DNA from: a candidate division WOR-3 bacterium
Lineage (GTDB): Bacteria; Hydrothermota; Hydrothermia; B15-G9; WFZT01
Assembly: GCA_027053075.1 (NCBI GenBank)
Contig: JALUEE010000017.1
Coordinates: 1-56,160, forward strand
Direction of reading: 5' to 3'
DNA: 56,160 bases
The translations under genes were made by a program, and so were the position numbers. Every line of letters begins with the position of its first letter. Position 1 is the first letter of the stretch. Below the pieces are notes generated by a model that ran no database searches, was not told the origin of the DNA, and saw nothing but the letters and a program-made list of their open reading frames with translations. Below, piece by piece: positions 9,369 through 18,517 of this stretch.

Positions 9369-10874
9369 TCAGGATGTGGATTTTAGTGTAGAGATGATGT
9401 GTAAAATCTTCCTGGCCTCTGGCACCCTGAGAGCCATTAAAATCGGTATATAGACAACAGAAAAGACAGCGGAATCTATTATCACATCCCATCTAAGTCC
9501 TTTTATGACGGGAAGAAAGAGGAAGAAAAGCGCAAGATTTACCACGAAAATTTTGGCCATCACGAGATAATCTTCACGCTCTTTGCTTATCAGCGGGTTT
9601 GCATACATAAAGAGCAGTCCAAGCTGGGTGAGAGAGCCGATTGAGGTTGCAAGAGCAAGGCCAGAAAAGCCGATTAATAACGCTAAAATCACGGAGAAGA
9701 TAATGTTAACAGCAGTCCCTATGGCAAATACACGATTGGGTATGGATGCGTTGTTTCTTGCAAAGAAAAAGGAGAGAAAAATCTTTGATATGGAGTTTGG
9801 AACGATGGCAAAAGAGTAAAAAATCAGGGCAAGCGATGTATTTTCAAGTGCCACAGTCCCAAAATGCCCTCTCTGATAAATTATGCTGATGATCCCTTTC
9901 GCATCCGCAATAAAGATCGCAAGAAATGGCAGCGTCAGGAGCAGGGAAAGCCTTACCCCTTCCATTATCTCCCTCGATGGGTCCTCATTTTTTGCAATCT
10001 TCTCGGAGAGATCAGGATTAACAACGGTTGAAACCCCCACTCCAAAGAGACCTATGGGTAGCTGCATTATCCTGAAGGCAAAGTTCAGATAAGAAATAGA
10101 CCCCCCGCGCAAAAAAGAGGCTATAAAAGTATTAACAAAAAGAGTGAGTCGGGTAAATCCTGTATTCAAAAATACCGGCGTGAGCAGCTTCAGGAATGAA
10201 TTAAACTCGGGAATTTTGAAGCCACGAAATCTGATTTTAACCCTCTCCTTCAAGACAAAGGGGACTTCGAATAGCGCATGCAACCCACCACCTACAAGCA
10301 CACCGGCACCAACAAAAAATAGGGCCTTGAGGGGACTCCCGGTTACCCTGTAGCCCACGATTGCCGTCACAATGACGCCTAAATTAAACATGGAAGGTGC
10401 GAGGGCCGGGACGAAAAATTTACGATAAATATTCAGGACACCCCCAAGGAACGCGGCAAACGATATTAACCAGAGATAGGGAAAGGTAATTTTTGTAAGT
10501 TTTACCGTGAGCTGAAATTTAAAAGGGTCTGAGCGGAATCCGTAGGCAAATAGAGTCACTATGAGGTTAGCAAAGGTAATTCCAAGAATGGTGAAGAGTA
10601 GAGTTGAGCCGAGGGTAAAGAGAAGGGTTGCCCCCAAAAACTCTTCCCCCCTCCCGTTTTCCTTTGCCTTGAAATATGTAGGAATTAGAGCTGATTGAAC
10701 GGCATTTTCTGCAAAGATATCCCTGAGCAGGTTTGGAATTCTAAATGCCACATAAAAGGCATCGGATAGGTTGCTTGCCCCTAAAATGTAGGCAATGGTG
10801 CTCTCCCGTATCAGGCCCAGAATTCGGGAGACAAGAGTAGCAGATGCAAAGCTACCAACACCACGGTATCTCAT
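9369..10874 (-). CDS. murJ: Lipid II flippase MurJ (MviN)
   Basis: SRILGLIRE, DAFYVAFRIPNLLR, RIMQLPIGLFG, RGHF; many TM helices. Confidence 0.95.
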   Translation of the reverse strand: MRYRGVGSFASATLVSRILGLIRESTIAYILGASNLSDAFYVAFRIPNLLRDIFAENAVQSALIPTYFKAKENGRGEEFLGATLLFTLGSTLLFTILGITFANLIVTLFAYGFRSDPFKFQLTVKLTKITFPYLWLISFAAFLGGVLNIYRKFFVPALAPSMFNLGVIVTAIVGYRVTGSPLKALFFVGAGVLVGGGLHALFEVPFVLKERVKIRFRGFKIPEFNSFLKLLTPVFLNTGFTRLTLFVNTFIASFLRGGSISYLNFAFRIMQLPIGLFGVGVSTVVNPDLSEKIAKNEDPSREIMEGVRLSLLLTLPFLAIFIADAKGIISIIYQRGHFGTVALENTSLALIFYSFAIVPNSISKIFLSFFFARNNASIPNRVFAIGTAVNIIFSVILALLIGFSGLALATSIGSLTQLGLLFMYANPLISKEREDYLVMAKIFVVNLALFFLFLPVIKGLRWDVIIDSAVFSVVYIPILMALRVPEARKILHIISTLKSTS

Positions 10875-11185
10875 TAAATCTGATAGCCGTAAGACCTTAG
10901 AATCTTCTTGCCCTCTTCGGTGATTCTGTCAACTGACCACGGGGGTTCCCAGACGATTTGAACCTTAACCTCTTCCACACCGGGCAGCTCCTTGAGCTTT
11001 TCCTCCACGTTGTATGCGAGGACATTGCCGAGCGGGCATCCGGGAGCAGTGAGCGTCATCCTGATGTTGATCTTTCCGTCATCTATTTCAATTCCATAGA
11101 CGAGCCCAAGATCCCAGATATTAACCGGTATTTCCGGGTCATAAATTTCTTTGAGAACATTAATTACTTCCTCTCTTGTTGGCAT
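10874..11185 (-). CDS. Fe-S cluster assembly protein, DUF59/SufT/MIP18 family
   Basis: IYDPEIPVNIWDLGLVY, MTLTAPGCP, WEPPW. Confidence 0.92.
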   Translation of the reverse strand: MPTREEVINVLKEIYDPEIPVNIWDLGLVYGIEIDDGKINIRMTLTAPGCPLGNVLAYNVEEKLKELPGVEEVKVQIVWEPPWSVDRITEEGKKILRSYGYQI

Positions 11186-11198
11186 GGTTTTCTACCTC

Positions 11199-11765
11199 CT
11201 ATTGTTTGAATCTTCCTTTGAGTTCACTCCAGGTTATGCTTCCTGGGACAACTGTATCTGGTAAAAAGTCGGTCCATTTCAAAAGATAGTAAAGTCCATC
11301 GTCTCTTAAGATTGTTTCAAAAAGGGATTTTCCAGCAACCTGAAGGGCCTCACCATTCTGAAGATTCAGACTGATGTAATAGTTGCAGAATAGATTCACG
11401 GTATCCCCTGTTGTGTCAGCATTTGTAATGGTGATATCCACCTCCGGATTTGATCTGATCTGAGAAAACATCAGAGTGGCTGTTTGCACTTCCACATCCT
11501 TGTCCCAGTTATTAAAGAGGTCTGGATTCCTGCTGTACGTGAGAGAGTCCGGGATAAATGTAAACTGCTCGTCAAAGTTATTTGAGTAGTTGACGATATT
11601 GAGGTCCTGAAAGGAGTTTCTCAGGTTGCTTATCACCACCTGTGCAGAGTCCGGCAGTGTCCAGCCCGGTGAGTTTGCAGGATTTTCCCTTGTTCTGAGC
11701 TTAAACATATCACATGCGACCATAGTCAAAATAATTCCTGACCAAATTAGTAAATTTTTCGTCAC
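11199..11765 (-). CDS. Hypothetical lipoprotein
   Basis: GTG at 11765 gives signal MTKNLLIWSGIILTMVA-C; TATAAT 7 nt upstream; ORF-track start 11789 is the alternative. Confidence 0.65.
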   Translation of the reverse strand: MTKNLLIWSGIILTMVACDMFKLRTRENPANSPGWTLPDSAQVVISNLRNSFQDLNIVNYSNNFDEQFTFIPDSLTYSRNPDLFNNWDKDVEVQTATLMFSQIRSNPEVDITITNADTTGDTVNLFCNYYISLNLQNGEALQVAGKSLFETILRDDGLYYLLKWTDFLPDTVVPGSITWSELKGRFKQ

Positions 11766-11815
11766 GTTGGAAATTATAATATCCCACATCCAAATTTTAC
11801 AGGGGAAAGGGAATC

Positions 11816-11844
11816 TTGACCCGTGAGGGTTGGGAAATTATTAT
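11816..11844 (+). promoter_or_regulatory. Sigma70-type promoter for the tRNA-Thr operon
   Basis: TTGACC-N17-TATTAT, 15 nt before the tRNA. Confidence 0.7.
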
Positions 11845-11859
11845 TTTAAGCCCATAAGG

Positions 11860-11932
11860 GCCACCGTAGCTCAGTCGGCAGAGCAGCGGTTTCGTAAACC
11901 GCAGGTCGGCGGTTCAAGTCCGCCCGGTGGCT
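11860..11932 (+). tRNA. tRNA-Thr(CGT), CCA not encoded
   Basis: Acceptor GCCACCG/CGGTGGC; D arm GCTC..GAGC; anticodon stem GCGGT/ACCGC with loop TTCGTAA; T-loop TTCAAGT. Confidence 0.96.
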
Positions 11933-11949
11933 CTCAAAAGGAGCTCAAA

Positions 11950-12084
11950 ATGAAGAATTTATTCATCGCTTATTCTCTGATATGGATCGGCATCTTCCTT
12001 TACCTCCTGAAGATTCACTCCAAGGTCGCAAAGCTTGAGAAGGAGCTAAAAGAGTTAGAAGAAAAGCAGAATGAGAATATTTAA
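11950..12084 (+). CDS. CcmD-like small membrane protein
   Basis: MKNLFIAYSLIWIGIFLYL single TM plus charged coiled tail; AGGAG RBS. Confidence 0.7.
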   Translation: MKNLFIAYSLIWIGIFLYLLKIHSKVAKLEKELKELEEKQNENI

Positions 12085-12568
12085 CTTTGTCCTTCTGATA
12101 CTCTGGCTCGCCCTCCTTGGAATCTTCACCTACTTCTATAAATTCCAGTACCTGCCCCTGAAATCGGTCGTTCAGGACCTCAGGGTGGAAAATGAGAATC
12201 TTACAAAACAGCTCTCACAAAAGCTGTTTGAATCAAGTAAACTTCCAGTGATGGATACGGTTCAGGTAAAGGAGAAGCTTAAGGTTACGCGAAAGGTTTT
12301 CCCTATAACCCGTTTATTTGTTTCGGGTAAAGCAGCTCTAACCCGCGAGGGAATTGGAATTCTAAGGGCTTTTTTAAAATCTAACTCCAATGCCGAAAGG
12401 TTTGATATTCTGGTCTATAAAGGGGCAAGGGTGGACAGGGTTCAGAAAAAACGAGCTGTGTTACTTAAGAACTTTTTCGTGAAAAATGGAGTAAAGCCGG
12501 AGGCCATCCGAACCTTTACCACCAACAAGGTTGCCAACAAGGTCGTAATTACCATCTATTCCCGTTAG
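12071..12568 (+). CDS. Membrane-anchored coiled-coil protein with degenerate OmpA/MotB-like C-terminal domain
   Basis: N-terminal TM, coiled coil, LFVSGKAAL ... KRAVLLKNFFVKNGVKPEAI pattern. Confidence 0.5.
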   Translation: MRIFNFVLLILWLALLGIFTYFYKFQYLPLKSVVQDLRVENENLTKQLSQKLFESSKLPVMDTVQVKEKLKVTRKVFPITRLFVSGKAALTREGIGILRAFLKSNSNAERFDILVYKGARVDRVQKKRAVLLKNFFVKNGVKPEAIRTFTTNKVANKVVITIYSR

Positions 12569-12573
12569 CCGGC

Positions 12574-13614
12574 ATGCGAATCCTCATTCTTTCCGACCTC
12601 TCGTCATACCATACATACCTTTTTGCTGAGACTTTGAGCGAGCAGGGACACGAAGTCCACGTGGCATCCCTTGAAGAGCCCATTATGAAAACCAGCGGGT
12701 TTGTTATCCACAGAGTTAGACCTCTAACAGAGAAAAGAAATTTTAAGCGCTACATTCCTGCAATACCCCAATTTTTAAGAATTTATCGTTCAATCAGGCC
12801 CGATGTTGTAAGTGCCCATTTTATCCCAAATTATGGTCTAATAGCCCGCTTTTTGCCCGGTAAAAAAGTGCTCTCTGTGTGGGGGAGTGACCTGCTCGTT
12901 GTGCCCCGAAAGAGCCCATTACACCGAAGGGCTACTGGATGGATCGTTAGAGGGTTTAACAGGGTGCACGTTGATGCAAATTTTATGAAATCAATACTGG
13001 TGGAGGATTACAGAGTTGAACCTGATAAAATTCGAGTGTTTCCATTTGGCCTCAAAAAGGAAGATAGGGAACTCGAGATACCCGAGAAAAAGGGGTTGAT
13101 TTTTGTCACACACAGAAGGCTTGATAGGGATATGGACCCCATGACCATTGTCAGGGCTTTTAAGGAACTCAGGAAGAGCCACAGTGCAAAACTCATTATG
13201 ATGAGCAGCGGGGCTCTGGCAGGTGAAATTAAAAATTTTATCGAGAGGGAGAAAATCGATGGCATAGAGCTTACGGGCAGGGTTTCACGTGAAACAATTA
13301 TCACAAATTTGCTCGAGAGCAGGTTTTACGTCTCGGCTTCACTCACGGATTCCACCTCTGTCTCGCTGCTTGAGGCCATGGCCGCTGGGTGCTTTCCCAT
13401 TGTGACAGATATACCGGGCAACAGAGAGTGGATCAAGCACGGGAGAAACGGTCTTTTGTTTAAACCTCATGACGCTAAGTCCCTGAGCAAGGCTATGCTT
13501 GAGGCGATTGAGAACCCACAGATGGTTGAGGCAGGAGTAAAGTTTAATAAACGTCTCGTGATGGAGAGGGCAAATTTCGAGGAGAACCTGAGAAGTTTTT
13601 TCGAAGATTTATGA
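12574..13614 (+). CDS. Glycosyltransferase family 4 (GT-B)
   Basis: VWGSD, DSTSVSLLEAMAAG, VTDIPGNREWI..G.NGLLF. Confidence 0.92.
   Translation: MRILILSDLSSYHTYLFAETLSEQGHEVHVASLEEPIMKTSGFVIHRVRPLTEKRNFKRYIPAIPQFLRIYRSIRPDVVSAHFIPNYGLIARFLPGKKVLSVWGSDLLVVPRKSPLHRRATGWIVRGFNRVHVDANFMKSILVEDYRVEPDKIRVFPFGLKKEDRELEIPEKKGLIFVTHRRLDRDMDPMTIVRAFKELRKSHSAKLIMMSSGALAGEIKNFIEREKIDGIELTGRVSRETIITNLLESRFYVSASLTDSTSVSLLEAMAAGCFPIVTDIPGNREWIKHGRNGLLFKPHDAKSLSKAMLEAIENPQMVEAGVKFNKRLVMERANFEENLRSFFEDL
13281..13296. promoter_or_regulatory. parS: parS centromere-like site (ParB/Spo0J binding)
   Basis: GGTTTCACGTGAAACA, 15/16 match to TGTTTCACGTGAAACA; about 5.6 kb from oriC. Confidence 0.8.
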
Positions 13615-14861
13615 AAAAAGTGCTCATGATCTTATACTATTTCCCACCCATTGGGCTTGCCGGGTCTGTCAGGGTGGTGAAATTCATCAAATATCTGCGT
13701 TTTTACGGCTGGGATTCAGTGGTGCTTACCTCGCGAGGTGTGAAGCACACCTTTGAAGATCAGGGGCTTGCAGATGATTTACCGAAAAATTTGAAAGTCT
13801 TCAGAGCTCTTTCCATTGAGCACGACAGTATTTTACCCCTTCTGGGCCTCCATCGCTCCACGGTGGTTTCAAACGAAGAGGGCAGGAGAAAGCTCGCGAG
13901 ATTGGAGAACTTCTTCATGATACCAGATTCCAAGGCCCTCTGGTTTTATCCTGCCGTTTTAAAGGCTATAAAAATAGTGAAAAATGAGGGGATAGATGTC
14001 ATTTTTTCCACATCTCCACCCCTAACAGCCCATATGATTGCGATCGCTGCCGGACGGCTCACCGGAAAGCCTGTGGTGCTCGACTATCGTGACGCATGGT
14101 ATGAAAATCCTTTCGGTATTTTCCCTACCACCATTCACCAGAAATTGCTAAAGGGACTCGAAAAACTTCTTGTCACCAGAGCCGATTTTATCATAGGTGT
14201 AAATCGTGCAATTGTTGATGGTAGACGGGCGATTGGGGCAAAGAGGAGCGCAGTGATTCCCCACGGTTTTGACCCTGAGGAGTTTCCTGGCGTAAAAGAT
14301 TTTCCTGTTTCTGATAAACTGATTTTTGCCTATGCAGGAAGTATTACCTATATAACCAACCCCGAGCCTTTGTTTGAGGCCTTTAGCACCCTTGCTAAGG
14401 AGAATTCATCATTGAAAATAGAGGTGAGGGTTTATAGTAATCCCCCGGAAGTCTATCGAAAGAAGTTCAAAGCCCCCTTATTCAGGTGGGAAGGGTTTGT
14501 TCCGAGAAAAGAAATTCCAGAGAGGCTCGCTTCTGCGCATGTATTACCTGCGACCATTGACAAAAGAGCCCGATATCCCTACATTTCTACCTCAAAAATC
14601 TACGATTACATAGGTGCAGGAAGGCCGATCTTGGGGGTTGTACCCCGAGGAACAGATGCCTGGAGAGAGATTGAAGGGCTTGGCAATTCATTTTTGGTTG
14701 AGCCTGACGAACCACGAGAGATTGTAAAGAAGATTTTAGAGATTTACAGGCTCTGGAAATCCGGAGGATTAAAATTGCTCAAAGAGGAAAAAAGAAAACT
14801 GTTTGACAGAAAAAGGATTACAGCGCAACTTGCAGAAATCTTAAACGAGGTGATAGGATGA
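13611..14861 (+). CDS. Glycosyltransferase family 4
   Basis: KVLMILYYFPP, STSPP, DYRDAW, IPHGFD, SKIYDYIGAGRPIL. Confidence 0.9.
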   Translation: MKKVLMILYYFPPIGLAGSVRVVKFIKYLRFYGWDSVVLTSRGVKHTFEDQGLADDLPKNLKVFRALSIEHDSILPLLGLHRSTVVSNEEGRRKLARLENFFMIPDSKALWFYPAVLKAIKIVKNEGIDVIFSTSPPLTAHMIAIAAGRLTGKPVVLDYRDAWYENPFGIFPTTIHQKLLKGLEKLLVTRADFIIGVNRAIVDGRRAIGAKRSAVIPHGFDPEEFPGVKDFPVSDKLIFAYAGSITYITNPEPLFEAFSTLAKENSSLKIEVRVYSNPPEVYRKKFKAPLFRWEGFVPRKEIPERLASAHVLPATIDKRARYPYISTSKIYDYIGAGRPILGVVPRGTDAWREIEGLGNSFLVEPDEPREIVKKILEIYRLWKSGGLKLLKEEKRKLFDRKRITAQLAEILNEVIG

Positions 14862-16174
14862 AGGTCATAGTGATTGGGGCTGGGCTTGCTGGTTCTGAAG
14901 CGGCATATCAACTGGCAAAAAGAGGTGTAGAGGTTGAGCTCTACGAGATGCGGCCCATAAAGTTTACACCTGCTCACAAAACCGACCGGTTTGCCGAGCT
15001 TGTTTGCAGTAATTCCCTGAAATCAAAGGATATTTACAATGCTCATGGACTTCTGAAGGCTGAGCTCAAGAGGCTTGATTCTCTGATAATGAAAGCCGCA
15101 GAGTACGCGGAGCTTCCCGGTGGTAAGGCCCTTGTGGTGGACCGCGAAAAATTTTCAGATTTTATCACTGAAACCCTGAAAAAGTTCCCCAATGTGAAGG
15201 TAATCCACGAGGAAATTACGAAGATTCCGGAAGATGAAATAGTTATTGTGGCCACAGGCCCACTCACGTCAGAGGCTCTTGCAGAGAATTTGAGAAATCT
15301 ACTGGGACTTGAATATCTTTCGTTTTTTGATGCCCTTTCTCCCATTGTTGATGCGGAGAGTCTTGATTATTCAAAACTTTATTTCAAAGATCGGCACGGA
15401 TGGGATGATTCTTCGTATTTAAATGCCCCGATGAATGAGGAGGAGTACTACAGGTTTTATGAGGCCCTGATCAACGCAGAGGTTTTCATGGGCCATGATT
15501 TCGAGGAGAAGGAAAAGGCCCGCTATTTTGAGGGTTGTCTGCCCATTGAGGAGATGGCAAGGCGCGGGCCTGAGACGCTGAGGTATGGACCTTTGAGGGC
15601 CTCAGGACTGCCAGACCCCAAAACCGGAAAGGAGCCCTTTGCTGTGGTTCAGCTCAGGCCTGAGAATCTCGAGCGCACAGCTTATTCCCTTGTGGGATTC
15701 CAGACACAGCTGAAGATTCCTGAGCAGAGAAGGGTTTTCAGGATGATTCCCGGGCTTGAGAATGCCCGATTTTTAAGGTACGGAGCAGTTCACAGAAACA
15801 CTTTCATAAAGGCACCAGCCGTGATGGAGCCCACTTTGCAGGTGAGGAAGAAGCCCAATATCTTTATTGCCGGTCAGATTGTTGGCACCGAGGGATATGT
15901 GGAGGCCGCAATGGGAGGACTTGTTGCAGGTATAAACGCGTATCTCCTTGCCACAGGCAGAGAGCCTTTAGTTTTTCCAGTGCACACAATGATTGGTGCG
16001 CTCCTCGACTATATAGCTCATTCAGACCCCAAACATTTCCAGCCTATGAACGCTAACATCGGGCTATTCAAAGATATTCCACCTCATGTCAGAAAAAAGC
16101 ACCGAAGGGAGTTTATTGTCAGGAGGGCACGGGAGACGCTGGAAGAATGGATAAAACGCTCGAAGATTTTCTAA
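14858..16174 (+). CDS. trmFO: Methylenetetrahydrofolate-tRNA-(uracil-54)-methyltransferase
   Basis: GAGLAGSEAA, AELVCSNS, YFEGCLPIE, VGFQT, AGQIVGTEGY, FQPMNAN. Confidence 0.97.
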   Translation: MKVIVIGAGLAGSEAAYQLAKRGVEVELYEMRPIKFTPAHKTDRFAELVCSNSLKSKDIYNAHGLLKAELKRLDSLIMKAAEYAELPGGKALVVDREKFSDFITETLKKFPNVKVIHEEITKIPEDEIVIVATGPLTSEALAENLRNLLGLEYLSFFDALSPIVDAESLDYSKLYFKDRHGWDDSSYLNAPMNEEEYYRFYEALINAEVFMGHDFEEKEKARYFEGCLPIEEMARRGPETLRYGPLRASGLPDPKTGKEPFAVVQLRPENLERTAYSLVGFQTQLKIPEQRRVFRMIPGLENARFLRYGAVHRNTFIKAPAVMEPTLQVRKKPNIFIAGQIVGTEGYVEAAMGGLVAGINAYLLATGREPLVFPVHTMIGALLDYIAHSDPKHFQPMNANIGLFKDIPPHVRKKHRREFIVRRARETLEEWIKRSKIF

Positions 16175-17082
16175 ACTATCTCATTTCTGTTAAAAACCTT
16201 TCCCGGAATACGGTTGAGGCTTACAGAAGGGACATTGAGTCCCTTTTTGAATACATGGAGGACAGGTATTCTGAGCGGGACCCCACAAAATTTACAAGGG
16301 TTCAGCTTAAGAATTATTTTCGCGACCTATTCTCGCACGGTTATTCGCGTAGAAGTGTCAGGAGAAAGCATTCTGCCACAAGAAGATTTTACAGATTTTT
16401 GCAGATCAACGGGCTTGTTAAGTCCAACCCGGTAACGAAAATCCTCAATATCAAGCTCGATAAACCTCTCCCGGATGTTTTAAGTGAAGAAAAGCTCAAC
16501 AGCATGCTTGAGGGCTGGAAGCCCGATAGTGTGTTTGATATCAGAAACAGAGCGATTATTGAGCTACTTTACTCCACCGGGATTCGAGTCTCTGAGCTTG
16601 TGGGGATTTCCATGGGTGATGTGGATTTCAAAAGAAGGGAAATCCGGGTGCTTGGCAAGGGCAACAAGGAAAGGATTGTGCCAGTGGGTGCTCCAGCTTA
16701 TGAGGCATTGTTGCAGTATTTACAGGTGAGGGAGAAGCTGAATCCGCGCTCTGATGCCCTATTTGTGAGTAAAAGCGGAAAGCCTCTCACAAGGGATATG
16801 GTATGGAGAATCGTCAATCAGGTGTTCAAGAAACTTTCTGCCATTTATGGAGTTCATCCCCATACACTTAGGCATTCATTTGCCACCCACATGCTCTCAG
16901 GTGGTGCAGATCTCAGGACCATTCAGGAGTTACTTGGCCACGAGAGCATTTCCACGACGGAAATTTACATAAATCTCACTCTGCCTAAGATCAAAAAGAT
17001 TTATGATGAAACCCATCCACGTAGGTTAGGGGATCAGGATGGCAATCCAGTCGAAGAAGACCACCACGACAAGGGCAGGTAG
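16147..17082 (+). CDS. xerC: Tyrosine recombinase XerC/XerD
   Basis: LYSTGIRVSEL, GKGNKER, HPHTLRHSFATH, QELLGH, TEIY; conserved trmFO-xerC synteny. Confidence 0.88.
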   Translation: MDKTLEDFLNYLISVKNLSRNTVEAYRRDIESLFEYMEDRYSERDPTKFTRVQLKNYFRDLFSHGYSRRSVRRKHSATRRFYRFLQINGLVKSNPVTKILNIKLDKPLPDVLSEEKLNSMLEGWKPDSVFDIRNRAIIELLYSTGIRVSELVGISMGDVDFKRREIRVLGKGNKERIVPVGAPAYEALLQYLQVREKLNPRSDALFVSKSGKPLTRDMVWRIVNQVFKKLSAIYGVHPHTLRHSFATHMLSGGADLRTIQELLGHESISTTEIYINLTLPKIKKIYDETHPRRLGDQDGNPVEEDHHDKGR

Positions 17083-17715
17083 GAAATTGCCCGGCTTCAG
17101 GTCTCTTATCCTCAGCAGTCTAAGGCCGAGTGCAATGATGATAAGGCCACCGACCGATGTAAAATCCTGAAGGAATGGGGACTTTGTGAGGAAAATAAAA
17201 AACGAGCTCAACTCGGTGAGGAATCCTTCTATAATCAGAACTGCGGGGGCTGAGAAAACAACACCGACTCCCATTGCCGAGGCAAGGGCAAGGGAGGAAA
17301 TTCCGTCGAGCATGGATTTTGCGAATAGGAGCTCGTGATTTCCGTAAAGTCCATCCTGAATGCAACCCAGGATAGTCATCGGTCCTACGGTGAAGAGCAG
17401 GGTAGAGGTTACAAAGCCTGTCACAAAGTCCTTTTTATCCTCACGGGCAAATCGCTTTTTGAGCCTGTCTGCAAACATCTCAAGGTATGCTTCGATCCCG
17501 ATTGCCTCTCCAATGGCAGCTCCTGTGGTTATTGCTCCTATGACAACGAGGATGTATTTTACTTCGAGAGACATTTTGATGCCGATGAGGATGGTTACAA
17601 GTCCAATTCCTTCCATCACTTTTGTGTGGATGCGCTCGGGGAGCCTGTCACCAATGATGGTGCCAAGGGTACTACCAATGAGAACGGTTATTGTATTTAC
17701 AATGGTCCCGATCAT
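17026..17715 (-). CDS. DUF554 family membrane protein (YdfK/YqgA-like)
   Basis: MIGTIVN, GFVTSTLLF.VGPMTILG, KSMLDG, NFLPAL. Confidence 0.9.
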   Translation of the reverse strand: MIGTIVNTITVLIGSTLGTIIGDRLPERIHTKVMEGIGLVTILIGIKMSLEVKYILVVIGAITTGAAIGEAIGIEAYLEMFADRLKKRFAREDKKDFVTGFVTSTLLFTVGPMTILGCIQDGLYGNHELLFAKSMLDGISSLALASAMGVGVVFSAPAVLIIEGFLTELSSFFIFLTKSPFLQDFTSVGGLIIIALGLRLLRIRDLKPGNFLPALVVVVFFDWIAILIP

Positions 17716-17760
17716 TTGATCAAAGATATTGCTGACTCAGGTTTTTCCATGCCCTGAGAG

Positions 17761-18185
17761 TCAGGATGGTTTTTGAGCACGCTAACCAGATGCTGAGTTT
17801 TCTGAGGATGTCGCTCCCTTCCCCATTCTCCCCTAACCCCTCCTTCCCTGAGGGAAGGAGGGGGAAATTTCTTAGTTTCCCGACAAAAGTTTAGACTTTG
17901 CTGGTTTAAGCGAGAACGAAACTCCCTCCCTTCCCTTTGGGAAGGAAGGGTCGGGGTGGAATGGGTGGTCAACAGAATTTTGTGTTTATCCATTTTTTGT
18001 TCACTGTGTGGTTGATTTGTATAAAAAGTTATAGTCGAGATGATAAATTGAGATTTTTCGAACTCGCTCAGATGTTTTTTTAGCGCGCTTACCAGATGCT
18101 GAGTTTTCCCGAGGATGTTGCCCCCTTCCCATCCTCCCCCCACGCACTTCGTGCGTGGGGGGAGGAGTGAGGTGGGGGGATTCCC
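17761..18185. repeat. Cluster of intergenic palindromic (REP/MITE-like) elements
   Basis: Family-1 copies at 17821-17870 (+) and 17919-17965 (-); family-2 hairpin at 18132-18166; about 63-bp direct repeat 17761-17823 / 18068-18130. Confidence 0.8.
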
Positions 18186-18229
18186 TTTTAAAAATCTATC
18201 AATTTGGTGTTTTCCCAACATAGTCCCAA

Positions 18230-18517
18230 TCATGTTTTATACGCAAGTCCGGCACCCAAGATATCGTAAAGTAAATCCTTATAGCTAAATCCGGTCTTTC
18301 TAATGGTAAGGTCAATGAGCTCTTTCAGGACTCCGATACCTATTGTGATGGAGAGCGATTTATCGCGGGAGCCCGTATGGATATACGCAAAATTATAGAT
18401 GGTGAATGACACAGAGAAGTGGAGACTCTTATCCCGGGCAAACCAAGGGTCTCTTCTTGGAAATATGCCCCAGATAAAGGAGATTATCAGTATCAGGCTA
18501 ATCGCAGAGGTCCGCAT
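18230..18517 (-). CDS. YfiM/DUF2279-like membrane protein
   Basis: DPWFARDKSLHF, GVLKELID, GFSYKDLLYDILG; start uncertain (18517 or 18547). Confidence 0.7.
   Translation of the reverse strand: MRTSAISLILIISFIWGIFPRRDPWFARDKSLHFSVSFTIYNFAYIHTGSRDKSLSITIGIGVLKELIDLTIRKTGFSYKDLLYDILGAGLAYKT

Noticed and set aside
16147..17082. Tyrosine recombinase as a prophage or island integrase at tRNA-Thr
   Set aside because: trmFO-xerC synteny and Xer-type motifs; no duplicated tRNA 3' end seen in the window
17712..18233. 173-aa ORF as a genuine protein
   Set aside because: Made of palindromic repeat DNA (PPPSLREGG-type translations) with no protein motif; kept only as a possible coupling frame
17716..18510. 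SAISLI peptide shared by the repeat ORF and the YfiM-like protein
   Set aside because: Underlying codons differ throughout; likely coincidence
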